Origin: an uncultured Rhizobium sp.
Lineage (GTDB): Bacteria; Pseudomonadota; Alphaproteobacteria; SMXQ01
Direction: 5' to 3'
NCBI GenBank assembly: GCA_964628235.1
Contig: CAZVLU010000012.1
Span: 9,108 to 73,107 of the forward strand
Length of the DNA: 64,000 nt
Shown piece by piece: positions 47,983 to 56,736 of the stretch. The position numbers were made by a program, and so were the translations under genes. The number at the start of each line of letters is the position of its first letter. Within the stretch, counting starts at the first letter, position 1. The notes below the pieces were generated by a model that saw nothing but the letters and a program-made list of their open reading frames with translations, was not told where the DNA came from and searched no databases.

Positions 47983-49032
47983 ATGGCTCAATCTCAATTG
48001 ACGTTTCGAAATGTTGTCATAGCGGCGGCAACCTTCCTGGCCCTCGGCTTCGATTCGAGCGGTGTGTTCGCTCAGCAGGAATTCTACGCCGGCAAGCAGG
48101 TCACGATGATCGTCTCGTCCGCGCCCGGCGGCGGCTACGATGCTATTGCCCGCACCGCGGCGCGTCATCTGCCAAAACATCTGCCGGGCACGCCGTCGAT
48201 CGTTGTACAGAACATGGGCGGGACCGGCGGCCTTGTCGCGGCAAACCATCTCTATAACATTTCCTCACGAGATGGCCTGACGATCGCGCAACTGCAGAAC
48301 ACCGTGCCGTTTGAGCCGCTCTACGGCAACAAGCAGGTCCGTTACGAACCTACAGAGTTTAATCTACTGGGTAGCCCTTCCCAGGAAACGGCACTTCTTA
48401 TCGTCTGGCATACGTCAGCAGCCATGACGCTCGACGACGCGAAGAAGCGCGAGGTCATTCTCGCCGCAACAGGCGCCTCATCCACGCCAGCTTTTTACAC
48501 GCGACTTTTAGTCGATATTTTCAACCTGAAGGTCAAGTTGATCTCCGGTTACCCGGGGCAAAACGAACAGTTTCTAGCGATGGAGCGCGGCGAGAACGAA
48601 GGCGGCGCCTCGACGTTCTGGTCGAGCCTTAAAACGATTCGTCCGCAGTGGATCAGCGAGAATAAGGTTCGCTTGTTGCTGCAATACGGCCTTGTCTCCC
48701 ATCCAGAACTCAAGCATGTGCCGTTCGCGCTCGATCTTTTGAAGAATATGCCGGCAGACCGGAAATTGATGGAGGTCGCTTCCGCTGCTCTGGCATTGGG
48801 GCGTCCATTTGTCGCGCCACCCGCAGTTCCGGCTGATCGCTTAGCACTGTTGCGGCGAGCCTTTGCTCAAACTTTCGTAGATAAGCAGTTTATTGCTGAT
48901 TGCGAAAAGCAGGGGCTGGAATGCGATATGCCGTCTACCGGTGAAGAGTTGCAGCGCATCGTCACCGACTCCTATGCAGCGCCTAAGGATGTTATCGAAA
49001 GACTGCAAAAAGTTTACGCTTCTCGCCTTTGA
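47983..49032 (+). CDS. Bug/TctC substrate-binding protein
   Basis: FYAGK, GGGYDAIAR, QNMGG, GYPG, AMERGENEG; RBS GAGG before ATG 47983. Confidence 0.9.
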   Translation: MAQSQLTFRNVVIAAATFLALGFDSSGVFAQQEFYAGKQVTMIVSSAPGGGYDAIARTAARHLPKHLPGTPSIVVQNMGGTGGLVAANHLYNISSRDGLTIAQLQNTVPFEPLYGNKQVRYEPTEFNLLGSPSQETALLIVWHTSAAMTLDDAKKREVILAATGASSTPAFYTRLLVDIFNLKVKLISGYPGQNEQFLAMERGENEGGASTFWSSLKTIRPQWISENKVRLLLQYGLVSHPELKHVPFALDLLKNMPADRKLMEVASAALALGRPFVAPPAVPADRLALLRRAFAQTFVDKQFIADCEKQGLECDMPSTGEELQRIVTDSYAAPKDVIERLQKVYASRL

Positions 49033-49059
49033 AGATTAACGCATTTTAGCCAGAACTCG

Positions 49060-49405
49060 GGAGTGTCAGGTTAAATGGCGCGGCCGCACGCAATTTCTGA
49101 TCTGAAAAGTTCGCGCGGTTCTCGCACCTAACCTGCAATCCCGATCTCTTGCTCCCTCGCATCGAGATATGCGAATTCACGGCCTCGTTGCTATCGCGAA
49201 ATCGACTGGGGCGAAGACCTAATCGTCGAATATTCGCGGCGATTGGCGTGCCGCATCTGTCTGCTCGGCGCTGGACCAGTTCAGGTCGTTTCTGCACTCT
49301 AAGTGCCCCCCATCCCATGCACACTCTACGTGAAATACGAAATACAGCCAAAGGGCTGACGGGGTGATTGAAGCATCAGTCGCAGAGTCTTTTATAAGAG
49401 ATGAC
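49060..49405 (-). mobile_element. Heavily degenerate IS6 remnant
   Basis: RDSNEAVNSHISMR resembles RDNNRAENSHLSVR; TTTTATAAGAGATG matches the 5' region of other IS6 copies. Confidence 0.5.
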
Positions 49406-49566
49406 CGCCATCTGCGCAGACTGATCCAAGCTGAACTTCATGATATCTACTGAACGCATGCAAAGCTCGACGGCCTCCCCCCTATAAAGCTTGTACGCCT
49501 GCCTGATGTTTGTGGATAATCATCATATTATTATAACACCGCATGAGCGGGGAGGGAGGAGACGAC

Positions 49567-50595
49567 ATGACAATCAGAATGGTCGGCCTTGCCGGCACGA
49601 TATGCGCGGCATTAGCCGTAACGCCCGCTTGGAGTCAGAGCGCACAAGAGTTTTACAACGGGAAGACGCTTCGCCTCATCGTGAGCAATCCAGCTGGCGG
49701 CGATTATGATCTCGGCGGACGCACGCTGGCGCGGTTCATGGTCAAACATTTGCCCGACCGCGTCACCATCGTCGTCCAGAACATGCCGGGCGCCAGCACC
49801 GTGGTCGGAGCGAACTATCTTTACAACGTGGCGCCAAAAGACGGCACGGTCTTTGGGTCCTTTTCCCGCAATATGCCGGCACAGGCTGTGCTCGGTAACG
49901 AAAACATCAAAGCCGACCCACGCAAGTATGGATGGCTCGGCGGCTCATCGCTGCCGAGCCGCGTCTGCGTCGTCAACGCCGCGTCGGCGGTCAAGACGTT
50001 TCCCGACCTGTTCCAGCACGAAGTGATCGTCGGCGGCAGCGGCGCCGGATCGTCACTCAGCATCGTGCCGGGTGTGCTCAACCGTGTGCTTGGGACCAAG
50101 TTCAAGGTGGTCGAAGGCTACAAAGGCTCGACGGACGCGGTCTTGGCTATGGAGCGCGGGGAAACACAGGGCATCTGCCACAGCTTCAGTTCGTTCCGGA
50201 ATACCCACTCGGATATGCTGCGCGACGGCCGGGTCCGCATCCTTCTTCACGCCGAAGAAGCGGCCTTCCCGTACGCGCCGAATGTGCCTTCAGTGTATGA
50301 TTTCGCCAAAACTGAAGAGCAAAAGCAACTGATGCGCTTCGCCTTCTCAAGCGTCGAATTCGGGCGCCCCTATGTGACGCCTCCTGACGTGCCTGCCGAA
50401 CGTGTCGCTTTGCTGCGCAAGGCCTTCAAGGACACATTGAACGATCCGGAATTAAAGACCGAATCGGACAAGCTGGCATTGGACATGACCTATCGCCCCC
50501 CGGAGGATCTGGAAAAGCTGGTGTCGCAACTCTACGCCACGCCAAAAAATCTTCTCGAACGAGCACGCGAATTGATGCCGGCTGCCGGCGAATAA
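49567..50595 (+). CDS. Bug/TctC substrate-binding protein
   Basis: FYNGKT, GGDYD..GR, QNMPGA, GYKG, AMERGETQG. Confidence 0.9.
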   Translation: MTIRMVGLAGTICAALAVTPAWSQSAQEFYNGKTLRLIVSNPAGGDYDLGGRTLARFMVKHLPDRVTIVVQNMPGASTVVGANYLYNVAPKDGTVFGSFSRNMPAQAVLGNENIKADPRKYGWLGGSSLPSRVCVVNAASAVKTFPDLFQHEVIVGGSGAGSSLSIVPGVLNRVLGTKFKVVEGYKGSTDAVLAMERGETQGICHSFSSFRNTHSDMLRDGRVRILLHAEEAAFPYAPNVPSVYDFAKTEEQKQLMRFAFSSVEFGRPYVTPPDVPAERVALLRKAFKDTLNDPELKTESDKLALDMTYRPPEDLEKLVSQLYATPKNLLERARELMPAAGE

Positions 50596-50619
50596 TCAAT
50601 CGATTACAGGGAGAAACAC

Positions 50620-51162
50620 GTGACTGAAACAATCGTAAAAGAAAAGCGGGCGATCGAGGCGAAGCCGAACTACCGCACGAACAAGTCGAAAATACCCGTG
50701 CGCCGGGCGCGCCCGTCTGCGGCTGCGCGAGATGATGTCGTGTTGGCGGTTCAACTTGCCTACGGCAATGAAACGAGCTTCATGTTCGCCGAACGCGGGC
50801 CGGATTATCATACCCGTCCGCACCAGCATGACGCCGAGCAATTGAACTACATCATCTCCGGCGAGATCTGGTTCTATGTCGATGGACGGGGCTATCGCTG
50901 CGGTCCTGGCGACATCATGCGCATCCCGAAAAACAAGATCCACTGGGCCTGGAACCGCGGCGATCAAACCGCCGTTCTCATCGAAACGCACACACCGCCG
51001 CTGATCGGCAATAACGCTGAGGCTCGTGCGCTATCAGTGCCGCTGCTTGGCCCTTCCGAAGACAAGGAGAAGGTGCCGTACGTCGTCAACGTCGTGGTGC
51101 CGATGGATCCGAAGGAGGTCGCGGCGATCGAAGAGCGCGCCTGGGAAGAAGAAGGCAACTAA
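50620..51162 (+). CDS. Cupin-domain protein
   Basis: HTRPHQHDAEQ.NY..SGE, GDIMRIP.NKIHWAW. Confidence 0.85.
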   Translation: MTETIVKEKRAIEAKPNYRTNKSKIPVRRARPSAAARDDVVLAVQLAYGNETSFMFAERGPDYHTRPHQHDAEQLNYIISGEIWFYVDGRGYRCGPGDIMRIPKNKIHWAWNRGDQTAVLIETHTPPLIGNNAEARALSVPLLGPSEDKEKVPYVVNVVVPMDPKEVAAIEERAWEEEGN

Positions 51163-51390
51163 AGAAACGGCTTTCTCCAGACGCCCAGAGCTGCTCATCG
51201 TAATGGTTAAAGACGACTACCGCACGATACGAGCGCAAGAATGGATGCGCGCGGCTGACCGAGCCGCACAAGATGCCGCGCGCATCCACCTTACAAGATA
51301 TGGCCGAGCGGATTGCCAATCGCCAATAGCGGCGGGGGCTCCATCGCCATGAAAAAGAAGCCGGCTGACGTCAGGTCGATGGCAACTCGC

Positions 51391-51903
51391 TCAACGGGAT
51401 GCCGCTTCTTCTTCGGCAACGGCGCGGGCTTCGATCTTCTTCACGTCTTCTGGATCCATGTGAACGCGGGCATTTTTGGCGATGCGATCGTCTGATAACA
51501 CTTCGTCGTCCGCAAGAAGCGGAACCGCCGCATCCCGGGCAGCGCCATTGCCAGGCAATGGTGGAGAATGGGTTTCGATGACGGAACAGCTTTGCTCCGA
51601 CCGCACCCATGCCCAATGTAATTTGTTTCTAGGAATGCGCATGATGTCGCCAGGCTTGCAGCGCCAGCATTCGTCTTCGACGAAAAACCAAATTTCTCCG
51701 GACAAGACGTAGTTGAACTGCTCGCAATCGTGACGATGCGGATTGGTGTGATAGCCCGGGTCTCTATTGGCGATCAGCATGCTCGTTTCCAATCCATAGA
51801 CCCGCTGCGTCTCCTTGAACTCTCCGTCAGGAGTGGTTGTAGGACGTGCGCGACGTTTCGGCACGTCGGCTATGTTGACGCGATAGCGTGGTTTACTTGA
51901 CAT
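51391..51903 (-). CDS. Cupin-domain protein (paralog of 50620..51162)
   Basis: HTNPHRHDCEQ.NY..SGE, GDIMRIP.NKLHWAW, shared MDP..V..IE.RA tail. Confidence 0.85.
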   Translation of the reverse strand: MSSKPRYRVNIADVPKRRARPTTTPDGEFKETQRVYGLETSMLIANRDPGYHTNPHRHDCEQFNYVLSGEIWFFVEDECWRCKPGDIMRIPRNKLHWAWVRSEQSCSVIETHSPPLPGNGAARDAAVPLLADDEVLSDDRIAKNARVHMDPEDVKKIEARAVAEEEAASR

Positions 51904-52019
51904 CCTGCGTTGCTCCCTTTTTAGAAATTATTATTGGCTTATACGCGCCTAGACTGCCCATAAAAACGCATCTCCGGCATCGCTTCTGCAGCTCGCTCAT
52001 TATGCCCCAGGCAAAGCTT

Positions 52020-52034
52020 ATCAGATAATATGAT
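52020..52034. promoter_or_regulatory. Candidate LysR box ATCA-N7-TGAT (T-N11-A)
   Basis: Palindromic site in the divergent cupin/matB intergenic region. Confidence 0.3.
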
Positions 52035-52183
52035 TACTCCCGATCTTTTGCATATCATCTATGGGAAGAGCGTGGAGAGGACGGCGATGGAACACTGACT
52101 TTTCGGTAAACTCCGCATCACGCGTGACGAGCGTTTGGCCGCCGCGATCAGTAAACAGCGCCGTCAACGCTACGGAGCAGCTC

Positions 52184-53713
52184 ATGACTGAAAACATCTA
52201 TGAGATATTCTCTCGTTCATTTCCGGAGGATCGATCTTCTATCTTTCTCGAGACGGTCGACGGTCGCCAACTGACATTTTCCGATCTCGAGCGCTTAACA
52301 AGCCATTACGCGGGCGCGCTGACAGAGAATGGCGTTATTCAAGGCCAGCGCGTTGCCGCGCAGGTCGATACTTCGCCGGAAAATATCGCGCTTTATTTGG
52401 CCACTCTCAAAATCGGCGCGATATATTTGCCGCTTAACACGGCATACACCAATCATGAGATTGATTACTTCCTTGCCGATGCGACGCCGGCTGCGCTGAT
52501 CGTTCGACCTGAGGCAATCGATTCTATGGCGTCGCTCGCCAAATCACATGGCGTGCGATGCGTTTTATCCTTGGGGGCCGACGGCGACGGATCCTTGCCC
52601 GCGGCCGCAAAGTCGGCTGATCCATATGATCAGGTGGCGGCCGTTTCCAAGGATGATGTGGCCGCGATTCTCTACACCTCGGGCACGACCGGGCGCTCAA
52701 AAGGCGCCATGCTGACTCACGAAAATCTTCGCTCGAACGTCGAGACTCTGCACCGCCAGTGGGGCTTCGTCCCCGGCGATATCTTGCTGCATGCATTGCC
52801 GCTTTACCACATCCACGGCCTCTTTGTTGCCGTGAACCTGATGCTTCTGAATGGCGGCCGTATCTTTTTGCTGCCGAAATTCGACACAGCCGCGGTTATT
52901 CGCTGCATGCCGCGAGCGACCGTTTTTATGGGCGTGCCGACATATTACACGCGGCTGCTGGCCGACCCTTCCTTCACGCGAGAGGCCGCTCGGAACATTC
53001 GTCTTTTTGTATCCGGTTCAGCGCCCCTTCTAGCCGAAACCTTCGATAGCTTTGAGAAACGGACAGGCCACCGCATACTCGAGCGTTATGGCATGTCTGA
53101 AACAGGGATGAATTGCTCGAATCCCCTCATCGGAGAGCGACGGCCGGGGACGGTCGGGCCGCCACTTTCCGATGTCGAGGTTCGGATCGCGGACAAAAAT
53201 GGGTATCCGCTTCTTGCCGGTGAAATTGGAATCATCGAAGTGCGAGGCAGGAATATTTTCAAGGGATATTGGAATTTGCCGGAGAAGACCGCTGCGGAGT
53301 TTCGACCAGACGGATTCTTTATCACCGGAGATCTTGGGAAGCAGAGCGAGGACGGTTACGTCACGATTGTCGGTCGCGACAAAGATCTCATCATTTCCGG
53401 CGGTTTGAATGTTTATCCCAAGGAGGTCGAGGAAGTGCTCGACCAGATGAGGGGAATCGCCGAGAGCGCTGTGATTGGATTGCCGCATAGAGACTTCGGC
53501 GAAGCTGTGACGGCTGTGGTCGTGCTCAGCGGAGAGATTCCCATAGACCAAGAGCTAGTCACCAAAAAGGCCTCGGAAAAGCTTGCGAAATTCAAAATTC
53601 CCAAAAAGGTGATCTTCATCGACGCATTGCCCCGCAACGGCATGGGGAAGGTTCAAAAGAACATACTTCGCGACCGCTATCGCGAAAGCTTCCTGTTCGA
53701 TTCTCAAGTTTGA
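52184..53713 (+). CDS. matB: Malonyl-CoA synthetase (MatB-like acyl-CoA ligase)
   Basis: YTSGTTGRSKG, HIHGLFVA, ERYGMSET, GKVQKN; RBS GGAG before ATG 52184. Confidence 0.8.
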   Translation: MTENIYEIFSRSFPEDRSSIFLETVDGRQLTFSDLERLTSHYAGALTENGVIQGQRVAAQVDTSPENIALYLATLKIGAIYLPLNTAYTNHEIDYFLADATPAALIVRPEAIDSMASLAKSHGVRCVLSLGADGDGSLPAAAKSADPYDQVAAVSKDDVAAILYTSGTTGRSKGAMLTHENLRSNVETLHRQWGFVPGDILLHALPLYHIHGLFVAVNLMLLNGGRIFLLPKFDTAAVIRCMPRATVFMGVPTYYTRLLADPSFTREAARNIRLFVSGSAPLLAETFDSFEKRTGHRILERYGMSETGMNCSNPLIGERRPGTVGPPLSDVEVRIADKNGYPLLAGEIGIIEVRGRNIFKGYWNLPEKTAAEFRPDGFFITGDLGKQSEDGYVTIVGRDKDLIISGGLNVYPKEVEEVLDQMRGIAESAVIGLPHRDFGEAVTAVVVLSGEIPIDQELVTKKASEKLAKFKIPKKVIFIDALPRNGMGKVQKNILRDRYRESFLFDSQV

Positions 53714-53764
53714 CTCGATTGCCAAGAGGGCCGCATCGTAGGCCGAGATGCTACCAGGCAGGAA

Positions 53765-53877
53765 TTGAGCACCAGCCTGACGGATGCATTCAGCAGGCGG
53801 AGCCGTGTTTTTAGAGCAGATGGCTTACTTCCCACCCGCTTGCATCCGAGACAAGTTACCGTTGGGCTGACAGCACC
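53765..53877 (-). mobile_element. IS6 end remnant
   Basis: CCCACC...GAGACAAGTT...GCTGACAGCACC, like the 44000-44042 end. Confidence 0.6.
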
Positions 53878-54034
53878 GGAAACGGTTATCTGTCTGCGAA
53901 TTCAAAGGCCTGTCTTCGGCGTTCGAGGCGCTGCGATAAGCTATGAGCAACAGCCCTGCCAGTCTAAGCCAAGGGATGCCTACTCACTAAGACTGCTATG
54001 AAGAGACCGCTCGCGGCGCCGTTGATTGAGCATT

Positions 54035-54190
54035 CACGACTCTTAACCAATCGCAGACCATAGCGACGAGACAGACGGTGGCGAAGAAGTTTGCGGCGAG
54101 GCGGTCGTAGCGTGTGGCGATCCGTCGGAAGTCTTTCATACTCCGGAACATCTGCTCAATGGCTTTGCGGTCGCCTGTATCGACCATTTA
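54035..54190 (-). pseudogene. IS5-family transposase C-terminal fragment
   Basis: IEQMFRSMKDFRRIATRYDRLAANF. Confidence 0.7.
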
Positions 54191-54264
54191 TCAATGAGGC
54201 GCTTTGCCTAATTTTAGATGAGTTGAATTCATTAGATTTGGATCAGGGGATTTAGCGCCGATGG

Positions 54265-54501
54265 CGGCTGGTCGACCTTCAGGCCGCCATGCTCGTTGCG
54301 CCATCGGTAGTAACTCTGCTCGGACACGCAGATATATCGGCTGACCTCGCCCACCGTCCGGCCCTTCGCCATCTCCACCTCGTCCTGCCGCAGCAGCCCG
54401 ATGATCTGTTCTGCCGTAAATCGTTTCCTTGGCATCGCACCCCTCCATGTGGAGTCTGAACTCTCCGTCAGAAACTGGATCACTTAAATGAGTGCAGACT
54501 A
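54265..54501 (-). pseudogene. IS3-family (IS407-like) orfA fragment with end
   Basis: MPRKRFTAEQIIGLLR...VSEQSYYRWR..HGGLKVDQ. Confidence 0.75.
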
Positions 54502-54681
54502 TGGAGCGATTCACGCGCTCCCCCCCTGCATTCGAGGGCATTGATCGTCGAGATTTCGAGACGTTCGGCTTTTTTGGGCGCTTTTCAAAGACCAGGGACT
54601 GAGATTGGCATCCCTGTTCGGTTTGAGTTTTCCGGTTTCTCCATTATTCTGCGAAGCGAACAGATGCGTCTGGGGGAATGC

Positions 54682-55359
54682 GTGCTCACTCGAACCGTTG
54701 CGTTGGTCACCATGAAGGGTGGCAGCGGCAAAAGCACCACAGCGATGTGCCTGGCCGGCCACTGGATGGCTGCCGGCTTGCGGACGGGCGTCATCGACGC
54801 TGACACGTCGCGCAGCGCGGCCCGTTGGGTCGAAAGCGGCGACGCGCTGACGGACCTGGTCGTCCGCCCGGTCAATGGCAAGACAGTCGCCCCGGTCCTC
54901 GACGAGATGCGTGCGCAGGGCCTCGAGCGTATCGTCATCGATACGCCCGGCTTCCGCATGCCCGGCGCGGACGCGGCAGTGCGCCGCGCCGATTTGGTCA
55001 TCGTTCCGGTGCGGCCGAGTCCGGTCGATTTCCAGATCGCGGCCGACACGGCCGAGCTGCTCGATGAGATTTTCGCCGGGAGCCGCCGCGCGCCTGTCCG
55101 CTTCCTGCTGACCCAGGCCAATCCGGCGAGCGTGATCGCGCGTCACATGCGCGGCGAATTGACAGCGGCCGGTTACGAATTGTTCGATGCGGAACTGCCG
55201 TTTCGCGTCGCTTACAGCGAGGCGCCGCTCGTCGGCTCGACGCCGACGCTCTATCAGCCCTCCGGCATCGCCGCCCAGGATATCGCCGCCTTAGCTGGAG
55301 AGATCGATCAGCTGCTGGGCGCGGGCCCAACAGCCGCACAGGTAAAGGGTTCGCCATGA
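54682..55359 (+). CDS. ParA/MinD-family ATPase (short, no HTH)
   Basis: Deviant Walker A KGGSGKST, IDAD, IDTPG, PVRPSPVD; start GTG 54682 chosen. Confidence 0.88.
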   Translation: MLTRTVALVTMKGGSGKSTTAMCLAGHWMAAGLRTGVIDADTSRSAARWVESGDALTDLVVRPVNGKTVAPVLDEMRAQGLERIVIDTPGFRMPGADAAVRRADLVIVPVRPSPVDFQIAADTAELLDEIFAGSRRAPVRFLLTQANPASVIARHMRGELTAAGYELFDAELPFRVAYSEAPLVGSTPTLYQPSGIAAQDIAALAGEIDQLLGAGPTAAQVKGSP

Positions 55360-56084
55360 GCAAGGAATTGCCGAGCGTCACACGCATCAGCCGGCGCGGC
55401 CCGGCCGGAAAACCGGCTGCAAAGGCGGCGGATTCCGCTCAGGCGGCCAAAGCCCAGACCAAGCCCCAAGCGAAAGCCAAGACCGCATCCGCAGACAAGG
55501 CGAAAGGCGCCGCCGCGCCGCGCAAGCCATCGTCAAAACGCCCGGCCGCGCCCGCCGCCGCAGAAAGCCGCGTAAACCTGCCCGCCATCGTGCCGCCGCC
55601 GCCGTTGGCCCTCGCGCATCCTGCCGATTCGGGCGATACGACCTCATGGCGCCATGGGGCGGCGCGCGACATCATCTCGCGTTACACCGGTTGGGCCGTG
55701 GCCGGCGGTCTGCTGCCGGTGCCGTTCGTCGATATCGTCGCGGTGTCGGCGCTCCAGGTCAGGATGATCGGCGCGCTGGCCGAGCTCTATGACATTCCGT
55801 TCACGCAAGGGCGCGGCCGCGCGATCCTGTCAGCGATCGTCGGCGGCGTGCTGCCGCAGGCGGCCACTGGCCTCGTGGTGAGCGGGCTCTTGAAGTCCAT
55901 GCCGGGTGTGGCGCTCGGCGTCAAAATCATCGGTGGGTCGGCGCTTTCCGCCGGGGCGACCCGGGTGGTAGGCGATATTTTCTTTCGTCATTTTGAAGAC
56001 GGCGGCAGCCTCACCGGCATCGATGTCGACGCCATGCGCCAGAGCTTCCGCAAAAGAATGGCGGCCAAGGTCACGCCAGTCTGA
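55356..56084 (+). CDS. DUF697/YcjF-like protein with Lys/Ala/Pro-rich N-terminal extension
   Basis: GLLPVPFVD..VSALQVRMI..LAELYDIPF...LKSMPG...ATRVVG.IF.RHFE.GG; ATGA overlap with parA. Confidence 0.75.
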   Translation: MSKELPSVTRISRRGPAGKPAAKAADSAQAAKAQTKPQAKAKTASADKAKGAAAPRKPSSKRPAAPAAAESRVNLPAIVPPPPLALAHPADSGDTTSWRHGAARDIISRYTGWAVAGGLLPVPFVDIVAVSALQVRMIGALAELYDIPFTQGRGRAILSAIVGGVLPQAATGLVVSGLLKSMPGVALGVKIIGGSALSAGATRVVGDIFFRHFEDGGSLTGIDVDAMRQSFRKRMAAKVTPV

Positions 56085-56111
56085 CGGCAGACGCCAGCAT
56101 GACTCTCATCT

Positions 56112-56726
56112 TCAGGTCGCCTCCGAAAGCGCGAGCGCGGCGAAGATTCCCTTCGGCGCGGCGATCTCGCTGATATGGAGCAGGACGCCGCGCAGCAGCA
56201 GCTTGTCCTGCTCCACCGCTGCTGCCAGCACATCGCTGTCGAGTCCGACGCCGAGCGCCTTGCCTACAGCTTCCTTGCGGACCCATAGGCGGGTGAAGGC
56301 TTGATTCGGTTCGGTCGACGCATCGACCAGCGCCCGTTGCTGCGGCGTCAGCACGATCTCGGCGGTTGCGCGGTCGAACGTGGCGAGCGCCTCGACATCG
56401 ATGCCGACTTGCGCGCTTTGGGCCACGGCGGCGGCGGCGCAGCCGTGCGTGTGGGCCAACGAAAGGGACAGATGGGGATGGCTAGGAAGATGGGGGCGGC
56501 CGAGGCCATCCTTGGCGATGTCGTCCGGCCTGAACGGTCCGAACTCGCGGAGTAACTGCATCAGGATGCCGTAGGCGGCGGCGCGTTCGGCGATCACTGG
56601 CCGGCCGAGCGCGAGCCGGCTGGGCACCGCGCAGTGCGGGGCATCGTACGTTGCCATGGCGGCATAGCGCACGAGGGTTCGGTCGTTATCGGTAACTGCC
56701 GAAGCGGGAGCTGCTGTCGGGAGCAC
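56112..56726 (-). CDS. Sfp-type 4'-phosphopantetheinyl transferase
   Basis: GRP, SLAH, VGIDVE, LWVRKEAVGKALG.G; start uncertain. Confidence 0.85.
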   Translation of the reverse strand: MLPTAAPASAVTDNDRTLVRYAAMATYDAPHCAVPSRLALGRPVIAERAAAYGILMQLLREFGPFRPDDIAKDGLGRPHLPSHPHLSLSLAHTHGCAAAAVAQSAQVGIDVEALATFDRATAEIVLTPQQRALVDASTEPNQAFTRLWVRKEAVGKALGVGLDSDVLAAAVEQDKLLLRGVLLHISEIAAPKGIFAALALSEAT

Positions 56727-56736
56727 CGTAGGCGCC

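Noticed and set aside
54682-55359. Plasmid partition locus or replicon
   Set aside because: No parB, rep gene or centromere repeats nearby.
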